Shown: positions 27,350-37,100 of the stretch, one piece after another
How the letters are laid out: each line of letters starts with the position of its first letter
How positions within the stretch are numbered: the first letter of the stretch is position 1
Source of the DNA: a virus
Taxonomy: Duplodnaviria; Caudoviricetes
IMG/VR virus record: IMGVR_UViG_3300022895_000013
Location: 1 to 48,826 of that record
Length of the DNA stretch: 48,826 bases
Reading direction: 5' to 3' (one strand)
The notes under the pieces: model-generated
Database searches by the model: none
The model's input: the letters and a program-made list of their open reading frames with translations, nothing else
What the model was told of the DNA's origin: nothing
Translations under genes and position numbers: made by a program

Positions 27350-29794
27350 ATGGCGAAGAACCTCGCACTCGGCTTTGTCATTGGCGGCGCCGTCGATCCG
27401 ACGGTAGGCAAAGCGTTCAAGGACGTCGAAAGCAAGATCAAACATTTGGACTCGGTGGGCAGCAAAGCCCGAGTCCTGCAGAACACCATCGGCGACACCA
27501 TGCGTTTGCGTGATGAATGGCGCAAGGCGCACACGACCGGTGCCGAGGGCGCCGACAAACTACTAGCCAAGTACGAAAAGAACCTCGCGCTGCTCAAGAA
27601 ACAGGGCGTCGAGGTCGGACGGTTGAGCAAGGCTTACGCCACCATGGGCCGTGTAGCCGCCGGTGCCGGACTCAAAGCCCTCGGCCACCGGCAGATCGAG
27701 GAGGGCCGGTCCGGCTTGAAAAGCACCCTCGGTCAGGCTGGTGCGCTGACCGCCGCCGCAGCCATCCCGACCAAGGTCAGTGCCGACTACGGCGCGATCA
27801 TTCGTGACATCGCCATCAAGGCCAACATTGCCAACTCACCGGAAGAGGCGCAGTTGTCTAAGACCGTGATCGACACGTCGCGCGATACCGGCATGGCACG
27901 CAATCAGGTGGCCGAAGTGATCAACGCCTTGGTCGGTGCCGGCATGGAGCTGGACAAGGCGCTGGCCTACGCCCCAACGGCGGCTAAGTTTGCCATCGGC
28001 CAAGGATCGGAAGGCACTGAAACGGCCAAGATGATCAACGCATTGGGGCAGAACGCCAAGATCACTGACCCCAAGGTAATGGAGAAAGCGCTGGAGGCCA
28101 TCGCCTATCAGGGCCAGGCAGGCAGCTTTGAAGCGGTCGACATGGCCAAGTGGTTTCCCGAACTGCTGGCCGGCATGGGCAAATTGGGCATCACCGGCAT
28201 GGACTCGGTGACGCAGCTGGGCGCCATGCTTCAGGTGCAGATGAAGACGGCCGGCGGTTCGGACGAGGCCGCGAACAACCTGAAAAACTGGATGGAAAAA
28301 ATCGGTTCCGGCGAGACGGTCGACGCCTATAAAAAGGCCGGCATCGACTACAAGGGCTCGATGCAGACCGGTTTGCAAAACGGCATGTCGACATTGGAAT
28401 CCAGTTTTGCCCTGGCCCAGAAATACATCCAGGCCACCGATCCGAAACGGGCTGCCGAAATGGCCAAGGCCACGGCGGCGATTAGCAAAGAGGTCGATCC
28501 CGAAAAGGCCAAGGCCATGATGAAGTCGCTGGAGGAGGCCTTGCGTACCGGCGACCTGTTCGCCGACATGCAGGTGAAAGCCGCCCTGACGGCGTACATG
28601 CAGAACAAGGATCTGTACAACCAGCTGAAAAAGGACTCGGCCGGGGCCACCGGGATCCTCGACAAGAACCTCGCCGAGCGCCGGCAGACGTCTGCGCAAA
28701 AGTGGTCCGAGATGGCCCAGTCCATGGACGACGCCATGCGCAGCATCGGCGATGCGATTCGGCCGGTCACCGATGCCGTGGCTGATGGCATCAACAACGT
28801 CAGCCGCAAGCTGTCGGTTTTTGCCGACGAGTTTCCACGGGTCACGCTTGGCATCGGTACGGCCGTGGCTGGACTGGTCGCGCTGAAGGGCGCCGTCAGC
28901 GCATTCAAGGTCGGCAAGGGCCTGATGAACCTTGGGCGTGGCACCTTGATGGGCAATCCGAACATCCCGCAAAAGGTGATCGTCACCAATCTGCCAGGTG
29001 CTGGGGGCGGGCTGGATGCCGGCGACCTGGATGGAGGCGATGGCAAGAAGAGCAAGAGGGGTAAGGGGGGCGGCAGTAGAGGGGGTGGGCGCGGAGGCCC
29101 AATCGCCGAGGGCATGAAAGGTCCGGTGATCTTCGCGGCCGTCGACGCCGGTTTCAAAGCCTACGACACCTACCAGAATGCCGAGACTCAGGACGAAAAG
29201 GCCGAAGGTTACGGACAGGCTGCCGGTAGCCTGGCGGGCACTTTGGCCGGTGCGGCCGCCGGTGCCGCCATCGGCACGGCGGTGCCGATCATTGGCAACA
29301 TCGTCGGCGGCGCGATTGGCGGTTATATCGGTTATATGGGTGGCGACCTGGCCGGCGGAATTCTGGGCAAGAAACTATTCGGCACCGACGAGTCGCTCAA
29401 GCGCGTGCCGGACGCCGGGCCCTTGATGATGGCCAACGCCGGACAGAACCTGCCGCCGGTGATGGGCGACATAGCAAAGTCCTTCGAATCCAAGCCAGCC
29501 TCTGGTCCGTTGGCACCTGCTGCAATGGGCGATGTGGCCCGGTCACTTGCTGTACCTACAGCTGCACCAGTTCCTCCGGTATTGCTCGCCGCACCGGTTC
29601 CGGCTGCCAAATCCGAAGCGCCTAAGGTCGAGCAACAGGTCCAGATCTCGGCGCCGTTGTACATCACCGTGCAGGGCGATGCCAAGGATCCGGCACAGAT
29701 GGCGCGGGAGCTGCAGCCCTTTATTGCGCAGCAGATGCAGCAGGCCACGCAGCAGCTGCAAAACCGCACACTCTACGATGAACCGCATGTGTAA
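27350..29794 (+). CDS. Tail tape measure protein
   Basis: 814 aa, Ala/Gly-rich and helical; after the chaperones. Confidence 0.92.
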   Translation: MAKNLALGFVIGGAVDPTVGKAFKDVESKIKHLDSVGSKARVLQNTIGDTMRLRDEWRKAHTTGAEGADKLLAKYEKNLALLKKQGVEVGRLSKAYATMGRVAAGAGLKALGHRQIEEGRSGLKSTLGQAGALTAAAAIPTKVSADYGAIIRDIAIKANIANSPEEAQLSKTVIDTSRDTGMARNQVAEVINALVGAGMELDKALAYAPTAAKFAIGQGSEGTETAKMINALGQNAKITDPKVMEKALEAIAYQGQAGSFEAVDMAKWFPELLAGMGKLGITGMDSVTQLGAMLQVQMKTAGGSDEAANNLKNWMEKIGSGETVDAYKKAGIDYKGSMQTGLQNGMSTLESSFALAQKYIQATDPKRAAEMAKATAAISKEVDPEKAKAMMKSLEEALRTGDLFADMQVKAALTAYMQNKDLYNQLKKDSAGATGILDKNLAERRQTSAQKWSEMAQSMDDAMRSIGDAIRPVTDAVADGINNVSRKLSVFADEFPRVTLGIGTAVAGLVALKGAVSAFKVGKGLMNLGRGTLMGNPNIPQKVIVTNLPGAGGGLDAGDLDGGDGKKSKRGKGGGSRGGGRGGPIAEGMKGPVIFAAVDAGFKAYDTYQNAETQDEKAEGYGQAAGSLAGTLAGAAAGAAIGTAVPIIGNIVGGAIGGYIGYMGGDLAGGILGKKLFGTDESLKRVPDAGPLMMANAGQNLPPVMGDIAKSFESKPASGPLAPAAMGDVARSLAVPTAAPVPPVLLAAPVPAAKSEAPKVEQQVQISAPLYITVQGDAKDPAQMARELQPFIAQQMQQATQQLQNRTLYDEPHV

Positions 29795-29803
29795 GGAGGA
29801 CTG

Positions 29804-30649
29804 ATGGCCTACATGGAGCAACTGCAGTCGGGACTCAAGCAACTGGCTGCAGCAGGGGAGACCGGCCGGCGCAGCCTGGACGGCATGATGGGGCCGGTCA
29901 ATGGCGCGATCAGCGAAATTAGCGGTGCGGCCTCGGAGCTGGAAGGCATTCCCTTTGTCGGTCCGGCAATCGGGGAAAAGCTGCAGCGTGTGATGCGAGG
30001 GGTAAATGCCGCCCAGGCCAAGGTCGGGCAGGTGGTGGCCACTTACAACAAGGCCACGCGAGCCGTGTCAGAGATCGATGAGCGCATGAGCCAACTGAAG
30101 GAACAGGCCGCCCGGGCCTCAACCGCAATCAACAAGATCGCCGGCAAGGTCAGCCCGTCGCTGGGGAACATACTGCCCACCGGATCGCTGGCCGGTGACG
30201 CGACACCGGTACCGGAAGCGGTGAAGCCATTCCCGCATCTGCTGATCGTGCAGCCGCAAGATCCCAAGGCGATCCCGTATTACTTCAACCTGGATACCGC
30301 CGCGTTCGACGAACTGCGGCGCTCCACGGAGTACCGCTGGGCCTCGCAGGAACGTCTGACCCGGCGGCCGGCACAACAGGCGGTGGGCATCGGAGAGGAA
30401 AAGATCACCCTCAAGGGCGCGATCTTTCCGGGCTTCAAGGGCGGCATCAAGCAACTGGATACGCTGCGCAGCCTCGGCGCTCAGCAGCTGCCGCTGACGC
30501 TGACCACCGGCTATGGCGACGTGCTTGGCACCTGGTGCTTGAAGAATGTCGACGAAGAACAAAGCGCGCTGCTGCAGGGCGGGATTCCGCGCAAGCAGGC
30601 GTTCACTTTGGAGTTTGTGCGTTATGGCGATGACCTGCAGAACGTCTGA
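29804..30649 (+). CDS. P2 GpU-like tail protein with N-terminal extension
   Basis: YRWASQERL...ITLKG...LTTGYGDVLGTW. Confidence 0.85.
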   Translation: MAYMEQLQSGLKQLAAAGETGRRSLDGMMGPVNGAISEISGAASELEGIPFVGPAIGEKLQRVMRGVNAAQAKVGQVVATYNKATRAVSEIDERMSQLKEQAARASTAINKIAGKVSPSLGNILPTGSLAGDATPVPEAVKPFPHLLIVQPQDPKAIPYYFNLDTAAFDELRRSTEYRWASQERLTRRPAQQAVGIGEEKITLKGAIFPGFKGGIKQLDTLRSLGAQQLPLTLTTGYGDVLGTWCLKNVDEEQSALLQGGIPRKQAFTLEFVRYGDDLQNV

Positions 30650-30830
30650 CGGAGATCTGCTCGATACCCTGTGTTACCACGCCTATGGGCATCTCAGTGG
30701 AACGGTCGAGGCGGTGCTGGATGCCAATCAGGGCCTGGCCGACGAACCGCAGCCTTATCGGGCCGGTATTGTGATTGAGTTACCAGATCTGCCTCAGCCG
30801 TCGGAGGACGGTATAGCGCTATGGAGTTGA
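30624..30830 (+). CDS. Tail protein X (LysM-like)
   Basis: DGDLLDTLCYHAYG...VLDANQGLA. Confidence 0.88.
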   Translation: MAMTCRTSDGDLLDTLCYHAYGHLSGTVEAVLDANQGLADEPQPYRAGIVIELPDLPQPSEDGIALWS

Positions 30831-30882
30831 TGAACTATAGTCACCCACAGTTCACGTTGCTCCTTTAGCTTCATCCTCTTCG

Positions 30883-30909
30883 AAGCCCGCCCTGTGCGGG
30901 CTTTTTTTT
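30883..30909 (+). terminator. Intrinsic terminator-like hairpin
   Basis: aagcccgc...gcgggctt followed by a T-run. Confidence 0.6.
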
Positions 30910-30918
30910 GGAGCAAAA

Positions 30919-31968
30919 ATGACCCCCATCTTTCGCATCGTCGCCGACGGTGCCGATATCACCCAGCGGATCAACGACCGTCTGCTGCAGCTGAAAACCA
31001 CCGACAAACCCGGTATGGAGTCCGACGAGTTTGAATTGCGCATCGACGACCGCGACGGCGCGGTGGTGCTGCCTCCACGCGGGGCCGGCATCGAGATCTT
31101 CCTGGGCTACGCAGAAACCAAACTGACTCGAATCGGCCGTTACGTCGTCGATGAGATCGAACTGTCCGGTCCGCCGGACACGTTGGTGATCGGCGGCAAG
31201 GCCAGCGACATGCGCGGCAGTGGCAAGACCACCCGCAGCGGCAGCTGGGAAAACGTGCCGCTGTCGCGGATCGTCGCTGATGTCGCCGCACGCAACGGCT
31301 GGCAGGCAGTCTGCCCGGTGCAAACCAAGGTGCCGCGTGCCGATCAGCTCAACGAGTCAGATTTCAATTTCATCACCCGCCTGGCCAAGCAATATGACTG
31401 CACGGCCAAGGTCGCCGACGGCAAGCTGTTGGTCATGCCGCGGCAAGCTGGGCAGAGCGCCTCGGGCAAGGCGTTCAGTGTGGTGACGATTCAGCGCCGG
31501 GATGTCAGCCGCTTTCAGTTTCGGCTCGGCGACCGTAACACCCACAAGGCCGTTTCAACTAAGCACCAGGACAAGAGTACCGGCAAGCTCGCCGTGGTCA
31601 CTCTCGACAATGACGAGTCGCCGGACGGTCTGCCGCCGGTGCACACCGACCGTCACATCTACCCGAACAAGTCAGCCGCCGAAGCGGCAGCCCAGGCGCG
31701 TCTCACCGCGTTCAACCGCTCCACGGCCGGCGTCCGGCTGGAGATGGCAGGGCGCACTGATTTGTTTGCCGAACGATCGATCAGCGCCCAGGGCTTCAAG
31801 ATTGGGCTCGACGGCGAGTACCTGGTCGACTCGGTGGAGCAGGTGTTTACCCAGGCCGGCTGGAGCACGACGGTCGAGTGCAACGGTGGCAAAAAGGGCA
31901 AGGCGAAAGCCAAAGGCAAGAAGAAAAAACCGGCGAAGGATCTGAAGGTTGTTCAGATCAAGCAGTAG
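30919..31968 (+). CDS. Late control D / baseplate hub protein
   Basis: ESDEFELRIDD, QLNESDFNFITRLA. Confidence 0.9.
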   Translation: MTPIFRIVADGADITQRINDRLLQLKTTDKPGMESDEFELRIDDRDGAVVLPPRGAGIEIFLGYAETKLTRIGRYVVDEIELSGPPDTLVIGGKASDMRGSGKTTRSGSWENVPLSRIVADVAARNGWQAVCPVQTKVPRADQLNESDFNFITRLAKQYDCTAKVADGKLLVMPRQAGQSASGKAFSVVTIQRRDVSRFQFRLGDRNTHKAVSTKHQDKSTGKLAVVTLDNDESPDGLPPVHTDRHIYPNKSAAEAAAQARLTAFNRSTAGVRLEMAGRTDLFAERSISAQGFKIGLDGEYLVDSVEQVFTQAGWSTTVECNGGKKGKAKAKGKKKKPAKDLKVVQIKQ

Positions 31969-31998
31969 TGCTGCATTCCCATCACCCAGGAGAACCCC

Positions 31999-32562
31999 AT
32001 GTCACTGACGGAACAACAGCTGCAACGCATCATGCCCAACGCCCGCCGCCAAGCGGGCGTTTTTGTTTCTGCGCTCAATGCTGCCATGGCTCACCGGCAG
32101 ATCAACACGCCGCAACGCCAAGCCGCGTTTCTCGCCCAGGTCGGACACGAGTCCGGTGAGCTCAATTACGTGCGCGAGCTGGGCGGCGACCAGTACCTGA
32201 GCAAGTACGACACCGGAAGTCTAGCCGTCCGGCTGGGCAACACGCCCGAGGCCGACGGCGATGGCCAGCGCTACCGTGGCCGGGGCCTGATTCAGATCAC
32301 CGGCCGCAACAACTACCTGCGCTGCAGCTTGGCGCTGTTCGGCGATGAGCGTTTGTTGCGCACGCCGGAGCTGCTGGAACTGCCGCAGTGGGCTGCCGAG
32401 TCGGCCGCGTGGTTCTGGTGGGTGCGTGAGCTGAACGCCCTGGCAGATCGAAACGAGTTCGAGGTGATCACCCGCAAGATCAACGGCGGCCTGAACGGTC
32501 TGCAGGAGCGCCTGCAGTTGTGGGGGCGGGCGAGGGCGGTGCTATGCGCCTCGGCGAACTGA
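31999..32562 (+). CDS. Endolysin, glycoside hydrolase family 19
   Basis: AFLAQVGHES, YRGRGLIQITGRNNY, ITRKINGG. Confidence 0.93.
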   Translation: MSLTEQQLQRIMPNARRQAGVFVSALNAAMAHRQINTPQRQAAFLAQVGHESGELNYVRELGGDQYLSKYDTGSLAVRLGNTPEADGDGQRYRGRGLIQITGRNNYLRCSLALFGDERLLRTPELLELPQWAAESAAWFWWVRELNALADRNEFEVITRKINGGLNGLQERLQLWGRARAVLCASAN

Positions 32563-33092
32563 TTCCGGCGCCGTATCGGTTGTTTGGCAAAGCGGTACTA
32601 CTGACCACTCTGGTCGGCGGATCCGCTGCTATCGCCTGGCAAGTACAGGATTGGCGCTTCGGCAAAAAACTCGCCGAACAGGCTCGCCTCCACACCGAAA
32701 TCCTCAACCAAATGACCCTGGCCTCGGCCGCCCAGCAGCGTGCCGAACAAGACAAACGCCTCGCGCTCGAGCAGCGCCTGGCATCCAGTGAACAAACCCA
32801 CTACCGAGCCTTGAGCGATGTCCAACGTGATCAAGGGCGCCTGCGCGACCGCCTTGCCACTGCTGATCTGCGCCTGTCAGTCCTCCTTGATGCCACCACC
32901 GGTGCCGGCAGCGGATCGCTGCCAACCTCCGCCGCCGCCAGCGGCGTGGTTCATGGCACCACAAGAGCCGAACTTGACCCAGCGCATGCTCAACGAATTA
33001 TCGACATCACCGACGACGGCGACCGAGGATTAATAGCGCTTGGAGCGTGTCAGGCTTACGTGTCAGAAATCAATTTACAGCGCGAACAATGA
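32544..33092 (+). CDS. i-spanin (Rz-like)
   Basis: N-terminal TM, coiled coil, GLIALGACQAYV C-terminus. Confidence 0.85.
   Translation: MRLGELIPAPYRLFGKAVLLTTLVGGSAAIAWQVQDWRFGKKLAEQARLHTEILNQMTLASAAQQRAEQDKRLALEQRLASSEQTHYRALSDVQRDQGRLRDRLATADLRLSVLLDATTGAGSGSLPTSAAASGVVHGTTRAELDPAHAQRIIDITDDGDRGLIALGACQAYVSEINLQREQ
32818..33033 (+). CDS. o-spanin lipoprotein (Rz1-like), embedded in Rz
   Basis: Lipobox-like LLICAC followed by a Pro-rich mature part; different frame inside Rz. Confidence 0.75.
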   Translation: MSNVIKGACATALPLLICACQSSLMPPPVPAADRCQPPPPPAAWFMAPQEPNLTQRMLNELSTSPTTATED

Positions 33093-33629
33093 TTACTTAA
33101 TTCTAGGGTCGAACCTAAGCGGATTATTACTAACGGCCCTGTTCGTATGTTCGATAAGCGTGTCTTTTCCGAGGGCAAGTGCGCAGTTAGCTACGGTAAG
33201 TGAAAATATCATAACCAACAAAGACGTAATTTGTTGGGTTGAGATTGTGATGATGTTTGAGCTCAACCCTATTATTAATATTCCGAATACTGCTCCCAGG
33301 CCCGTACGCGTGATGGTTAGGAAGCCGGTTCCAATCTCTGCAATGATTTTGTGGATGAACTCAAATATCCACAGACTCTTGTCTGATCTGAATCGAATCC
33401 CATATTTAATAAGAAATACTAAGCCATAAGGGGCAATCAAGTAAGCGGAGTAATCAATAAGTGGACCTATGGCCAGTAGTCCTTGAACGATGTCGTCAAC
33501 ATCTTTTTGAGTGTGGCTGAAAAGCCAAAGCGGCACGGCACCTAACAAAAAGGCTATAGCCCATTCACTTGGTAGGTTTCTTAAAAGCGCGATCGTATCT
33601 TTTTTGAAATTACTACTTTTTTTTTCCAT
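33093..33629 (-). CDS. AT-rich moron, 4-TM membrane protein
   Basis: Low GC; opposite strand; four hydrophobic segments; AGGA RBS before ATG 33629. Confidence 0.7.
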   Translation of the reverse strand: MEKKSSNFKKDTIALLRNLPSEWAIAFLLGAVPLWLFSHTQKDVDDIVQGLLAIGPLIDYSAYLIAPYGLVFLIKYGIRFRSDKSLWIFEFIHKIIAEIGTGFLTITRTGLGAVFGILIIGLSSNIITISTQQITSLLVMIFSLTVANCALALGKDTLIEHTNRAVSNNPLRFDPRIK

Positions 33630-33784
33630 TGACTTTCCTTGAGGACACACAATGAGTTGATCTTCAAAAAAGAGCGGTCGATCTGGATGCGCCAACATTC
33701 GGACCGACCGCCGTCCCTGCAGATTGTCCCTGCAAGTCCAGCCAAGGCTCTTGCTCCGTGCACAAAGCGCGCCGAGCCTAGCAC

Positions 33785-33800
33785 CTGTTTATCCATACAG
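33785..33800. promoter_or_regulatory. LexA (SOS) box
   Basis: CTGT-TTATCCAT-ACAG, 17 bp before the methylase ATG. Confidence 0.75.
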
Positions 33801-33817
33801 TAAAGGTCTTGCTTCCT

Positions 33818-34612
33818 ATGTCCACACCCATCATCCCTTGGATGGGCGGCAAACGCCGCTTGGCCGACCGCCTTCTTCCGCTTTTTCCGCCACACGAATG
33901 CTACGTCGAAGTCTTTGCCGGCGGTGCCGCGCTGTACTTCATGAAGCCTCAGCCTTCGCCCGTCGAAGTCCTCAACGACATCAACGGCGACCTGGTCACG
34001 CTTTACCGCGTCGTGCAGAACCACCTCGAAGAGTTCGTGCGCCAGTTCAAATGGGCGCTCAGCTCGCGGCAGGTGTTCGAATGGCAGAAAATGACCCGCC
34101 CTGAAACCCTCACCGACATCCAGCGCGCCGCCCGATTCTTTTACCTGCAGCACCATGCTTTCGCCGGCAAGGTCTCGGGTCAGACATTTGGCACGGCGAC
34201 CACCGCACCGGCCATCAACTTGCTGCGCATCGAGGAAAACCTCTCGGCTGCGTGGCAACGCTTGTCCGGCACCTACGTCGAAAATCTCCCTTGGCTTGAA
34301 TGCGCGGAACGTTACGACCGTGCCCACACCTTCCACTACATGGATCCGCCTTACTGGCAGACCGCGGGCTACGGCGTGGACTTTCCGTTCGAGAACTACG
34401 AGCGGATGGCCGACTTCATGCGCCGCTGCAAAGGTAAAGTGATGGTCAGCATCAACGATCATCCTGACATCCGCCGCGTGTTCGAAGGCTTCCACTTTGA
34501 GACTCTGGACATCCGCTACACCACTGCCAATCAGCGGCAGGGGAAGGCAGAAGTCAGTGGCGAACTGGTGATCATGAACTGGGAGCCGGAAGCATTGGGT
34601 GGGTTGTTCTGA
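33818..34612 (+). CDS. DNA adenine methyltransferase (Dam/D12 class)
   Basis: WMGGK, YVEVFAGG, LNDIN, DPPY. Confidence 0.93.
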   Translation: MSTPIIPWMGGKRRLADRLLPLFPPHECYVEVFAGGAALYFMKPQPSPVEVLNDINGDLVTLYRVVQNHLEEFVRQFKWALSSRQVFEWQKMTRPETLTDIQRAARFFYLQHHAFAGKVSGQTFGTATTAPAINLLRIEENLSAAWQRLSGTYVENLPWLECAERYDRAHTFHYMDPPYWQTAGYGVDFPFENYERMADFMRRCKGKVMVSINDHPDIRRVFEGFHFETLDIRYTTANQRQGKAEVSGELVIMNWEPEALGGLF

Positions 34613-34713
34613 CAGATGCCGGTTATCATTTCGCTACTTTCAATCATGAGAACACCCTCCCGTCTATCAGATATTTCCAACAGAAATTGACCGAAAGCCG
34701 TTCTGAACGTTAA

Positions 34714-34729
34714 CTGTATATTCGTACAG
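34714..34729. promoter_or_regulatory. LexA (SOS) box
   Basis: CTGT-ATATTCGT-ACAG before umuD. Confidence 0.85.
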
Positions 34730-34747
34730 TATCGGAAGTCGTGCGTC

Positions 34748-35173
34748 ATGAGCTTTTCAATCCTAGGCCCTCTTGTCGTGGCCGGTCGGAAATTACCTCT
34801 TTGCCTTTTTCGAGTGCCGGCAGGTTTTCCTTCGCCGGCAGCGGATCACATCGAAACCCACATCTCGCTCGACGAAGTGCTCAACATTCGTGCCCCGCAT
34901 GTTTACCTGGTGAAAATTGCCGGAGAGAGCATGCAGGGGGCAGGGATTTTTGACGGCGATTTAGCGGTTGTTGATCGTTCACTGGAGCCTGCGCACGGGC
35001 ATATCGTTGTTGCGCTGCTCAACAACGACCCACTTTGCAAGCGGCTATGCATCCGTGGAAAAGAGGTCATCCTGCTTTCTGAAAACCCCAAGTACCCGCC
35101 GCGTTACGTATTGGAAGGCGATGAGCTGGCGATCTGGGGCGTGATCATTGGTAGCGTGCGCAGTCATGTCTAA
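34748..35173 (+). CDS. umuD: UmuD/RulA (Pol V accessory subunit)
   Basis: VPAGFPSPA, GESM, CKRL. Confidence 0.93.
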   Translation: MSFSILGPLVVAGRKLPLCLFRVPAGFPSPAADHIETHISLDEVLNIRAPHVYLVKIAGESMQGAGIFDGDLAVVDRSLEPAHGHIVVALLNNDPLCKRLCIRGKEVILLSENPKYPPRYVLEGDELAIWGVIIGSVRSHV

Positions 35174-36443
35174 GCAGGTGCCGGTGTTCGGCCTTATCGA
35201 TTGCAACAGCTTTTACGCCAGCTGTGAGCGAGTGTTTCGTCCTGACCTGGCAAAGGTCCCCATCGTTGTCTTATCGAATAACGACGGCTGCGTCATCGCC
35301 CGCAGCTACGATGCCAAGCCTTACGTGAAAATGGGCGAGCCGTACTTCCAGATCAAGCACAAGCTAAAGCAGCACGGCATCGTCCCGTTCTCCTCGAACT
35401 ACGCGCTATACGGTGACATGAGCGAGCGAGTCATGACGCTGATCGAGTCCATGGTGCCCGCAGTCGAGGTCTATAGCATCGACGAAGCCTTCGTCGATCT
35501 CGCCGGCATCACCGATTTGGACGGCCTCGGTCGACGGATTCGGAGTCGGGTGCTGGGGTGCGCTGGCATTCCAGTCGGCGTTGGAATCGCTCAGACCAAA
35601 ACACTGGCCAAGCTTGCCAACCATACGGCCAAGCGCCTGCAGGCGCAGACTGGTGGGGTGGTCAATATTTGCGACCCAACTAAGCGAGACTGGGTGCTGC
35701 GTAACACCGACGTTTCAGAGGTGTGGGGTGTAGGGCGTCGCATGAAAGCGCATCTGGATACCATGGGGATAAAAAGTGCGATGGATCTGGCCACAGCCGA
35801 CCCTTGGACACTGCGTAAAAACTTCAGTGTGGTGATCGAAAAGACGGCGCGCGAACTGGCCGGCACTCCTTGTCTGGAGCTAGATGAGCCCGATCCGCCG
35901 AAACAAGAGATCTGCTGCAGTCGAATGTTCGGCACCCGCCTGACGGAACTGGCACCGATTAAGGAAGCGGTAGCCACGTACATGATGCGCGCTTCAGAAA
36001 AGCTCAGGGGGCAAAACTCGCTGTGCAAGAAAGTACGCGTGAGCATTCGCACCGGCATGTTCAATCCGGAGGAGGCGAAGTACGCCAATGGTGTGGTGAT
36101 CGATATGCCTTACCCAACGGATGACGTCCGGCTACTGACCAAGGCTGCAGTCGATGCGCTGGATCGGGTATATCGCCCTGGTTTCAAGTACAGCAAGGCG
36201 GAGGTATTGCTGATGAGCCTGTGTCAGCCAGGTGAATACACGGACGATCTGTTCGCGGCTTCTCGACCGACCGAATCTACCAAGGTCATGGCCGTACTGG
36301 ATCAGATCAACGAACGGTGGGGAAGGGGGGCGCTGCGAGCGGCGAGCGTCCCTAGCAAGCCAGAGTGGGCCATGCGGCGTGAAATGATGAGCCAGAGTTA
36401 CACGACTCGCTTGGATCAATTGTGGACGATCAACTGTAGGTAG
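35166..36443 (+). CDS. umuC: UmuC/RulB Y-family DNA polymerase
   Basis: IDCNSFYASCE, SNNDGC, YSIDE, SQSYTT. Confidence 0.95.
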   Translation: MSKQVPVFGLIDCNSFYASCERVFRPDLAKVPIVVLSNNDGCVIARSYDAKPYVKMGEPYFQIKHKLKQHGIVPFSSNYALYGDMSERVMTLIESMVPAVEVYSIDEAFVDLAGITDLDGLGRRIRSRVLGCAGIPVGVGIAQTKTLAKLANHTAKRLQAQTGGVVNICDPTKRDWVLRNTDVSEVWGVGRRMKAHLDTMGIKSAMDLATADPWTLRKNFSVVIEKTARELAGTPCLELDEPDPPKQEICCSRMFGTRLTELAPIKEAVATYMMRASEKLRGQNSLCKKVRVSIRTGMFNPEEAKYANGVVIDMPYPTDDVRLLTKAAVDALDRVYRPGFKYSKAEVLLMSLCQPGEYTDDLFAASRPTESTKVMAVLDQINERWGRGALRAASVPSKPEWAMRREMMSQSYTTRLDQLWTINCR

Positions 36444-36449
36444 TGAGAA

Positions 36450-36506
36450 GTCTGCTATCGGCCAGAAGCGGACGTTCGCAAGCGAAAGCTAATGGCCAAA
36501 GCTGAC
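36450..36506. repeat. Palindromic repeat array 1 (24-bp units, 10-bp spacer)
   Basis: GTCTGCTATCGGCCAGAAGCGGAC-gttcgcaagc-GAAAGCTAATGGCCAAAGCTGAC. Confidence 0.7.
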
Positions 36507-36689
36507 TGTGGCTAGGCATTAGCGCTTGCATAACAGAGCGAACTGCATGTATGCAAAAAGATGCCTGCCCTTGGGACATTTCGGAGACGCCAGCCTCGAC
36601 GCTTTGTCGTTTTATGGCACTTGCGATGGGATGACGTGGGGGATGTGGGTATGATACAGCCCGGACTGATCTCCCAGAGCACGGTCGAA

Positions 36690-37100
36690 ATGGACAGGTT
36701 GACTGCCGAAAAACGCAGTTGGCTCATGAGCCGCATTAAAGCTAAGAATACCCAGCCGGAGCTCGTTGTTAGACGGCTGATTTTCGGCATGGGTTATCGC
36801 TATCGCCTGCATGATAAGCGCCTTGCCGGCCATCCTGACCTGGTTTTTCCTGGTCGGAAGAAAGCGATTTTTGTCAACGGCTGCTTTTGGCATGGGCACG
36901 TCGGATGCCGCTACGGGCGGCTACCCAAAACGCGCGTAGAGTTCTGGTTGGCTAAAATTGAGCGGAACCAAGCGCGAGACAAAGAAAATATTGCATCGCT
37001 CGAAGCCAACGGTTGGCGTGTGCTAACAGTCTGGCAATGCGAGTTGAAATTTATCGATTTATTGGCGGCTAGACTAAATGAATTCATCGAACACGATTAA
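36690..37100 (+). CDS. vsr: Very short patch repair endonuclease
   Basis: MDRLTAEKRSWLMSRIKAKNTQPE, PDLV, GCFWHGH, VWQC. Confidence 0.93.
   Translation: MDRLTAEKRSWLMSRIKAKNTQPELVVRRLIFGMGYRYRLHDKRLAGHPDLVFPGRKKAIFVNGCFWHGHVGCRYGRLPKTRVEFWLAKIERNQARDKENIASLEANGWRVLTVWQCELKFIDLLAARLNEFIEHD

Noticed and set aside
25504-27630. 708-aa minus-strand ORF and other long antisense ORFs (12021-13307, 16043-16993, 17480-18619, 21222-22268, 27836-28972, 33581-34495)
   Set aside because: Shadow frames of high-GC genes that are clearly identified on the opposite strand
33630-33817. Com-like zinc-ribbon regulator upstream of the methylase
   Set aside because: No ORF with paired CxxC motifs found; a LexA box is present instead
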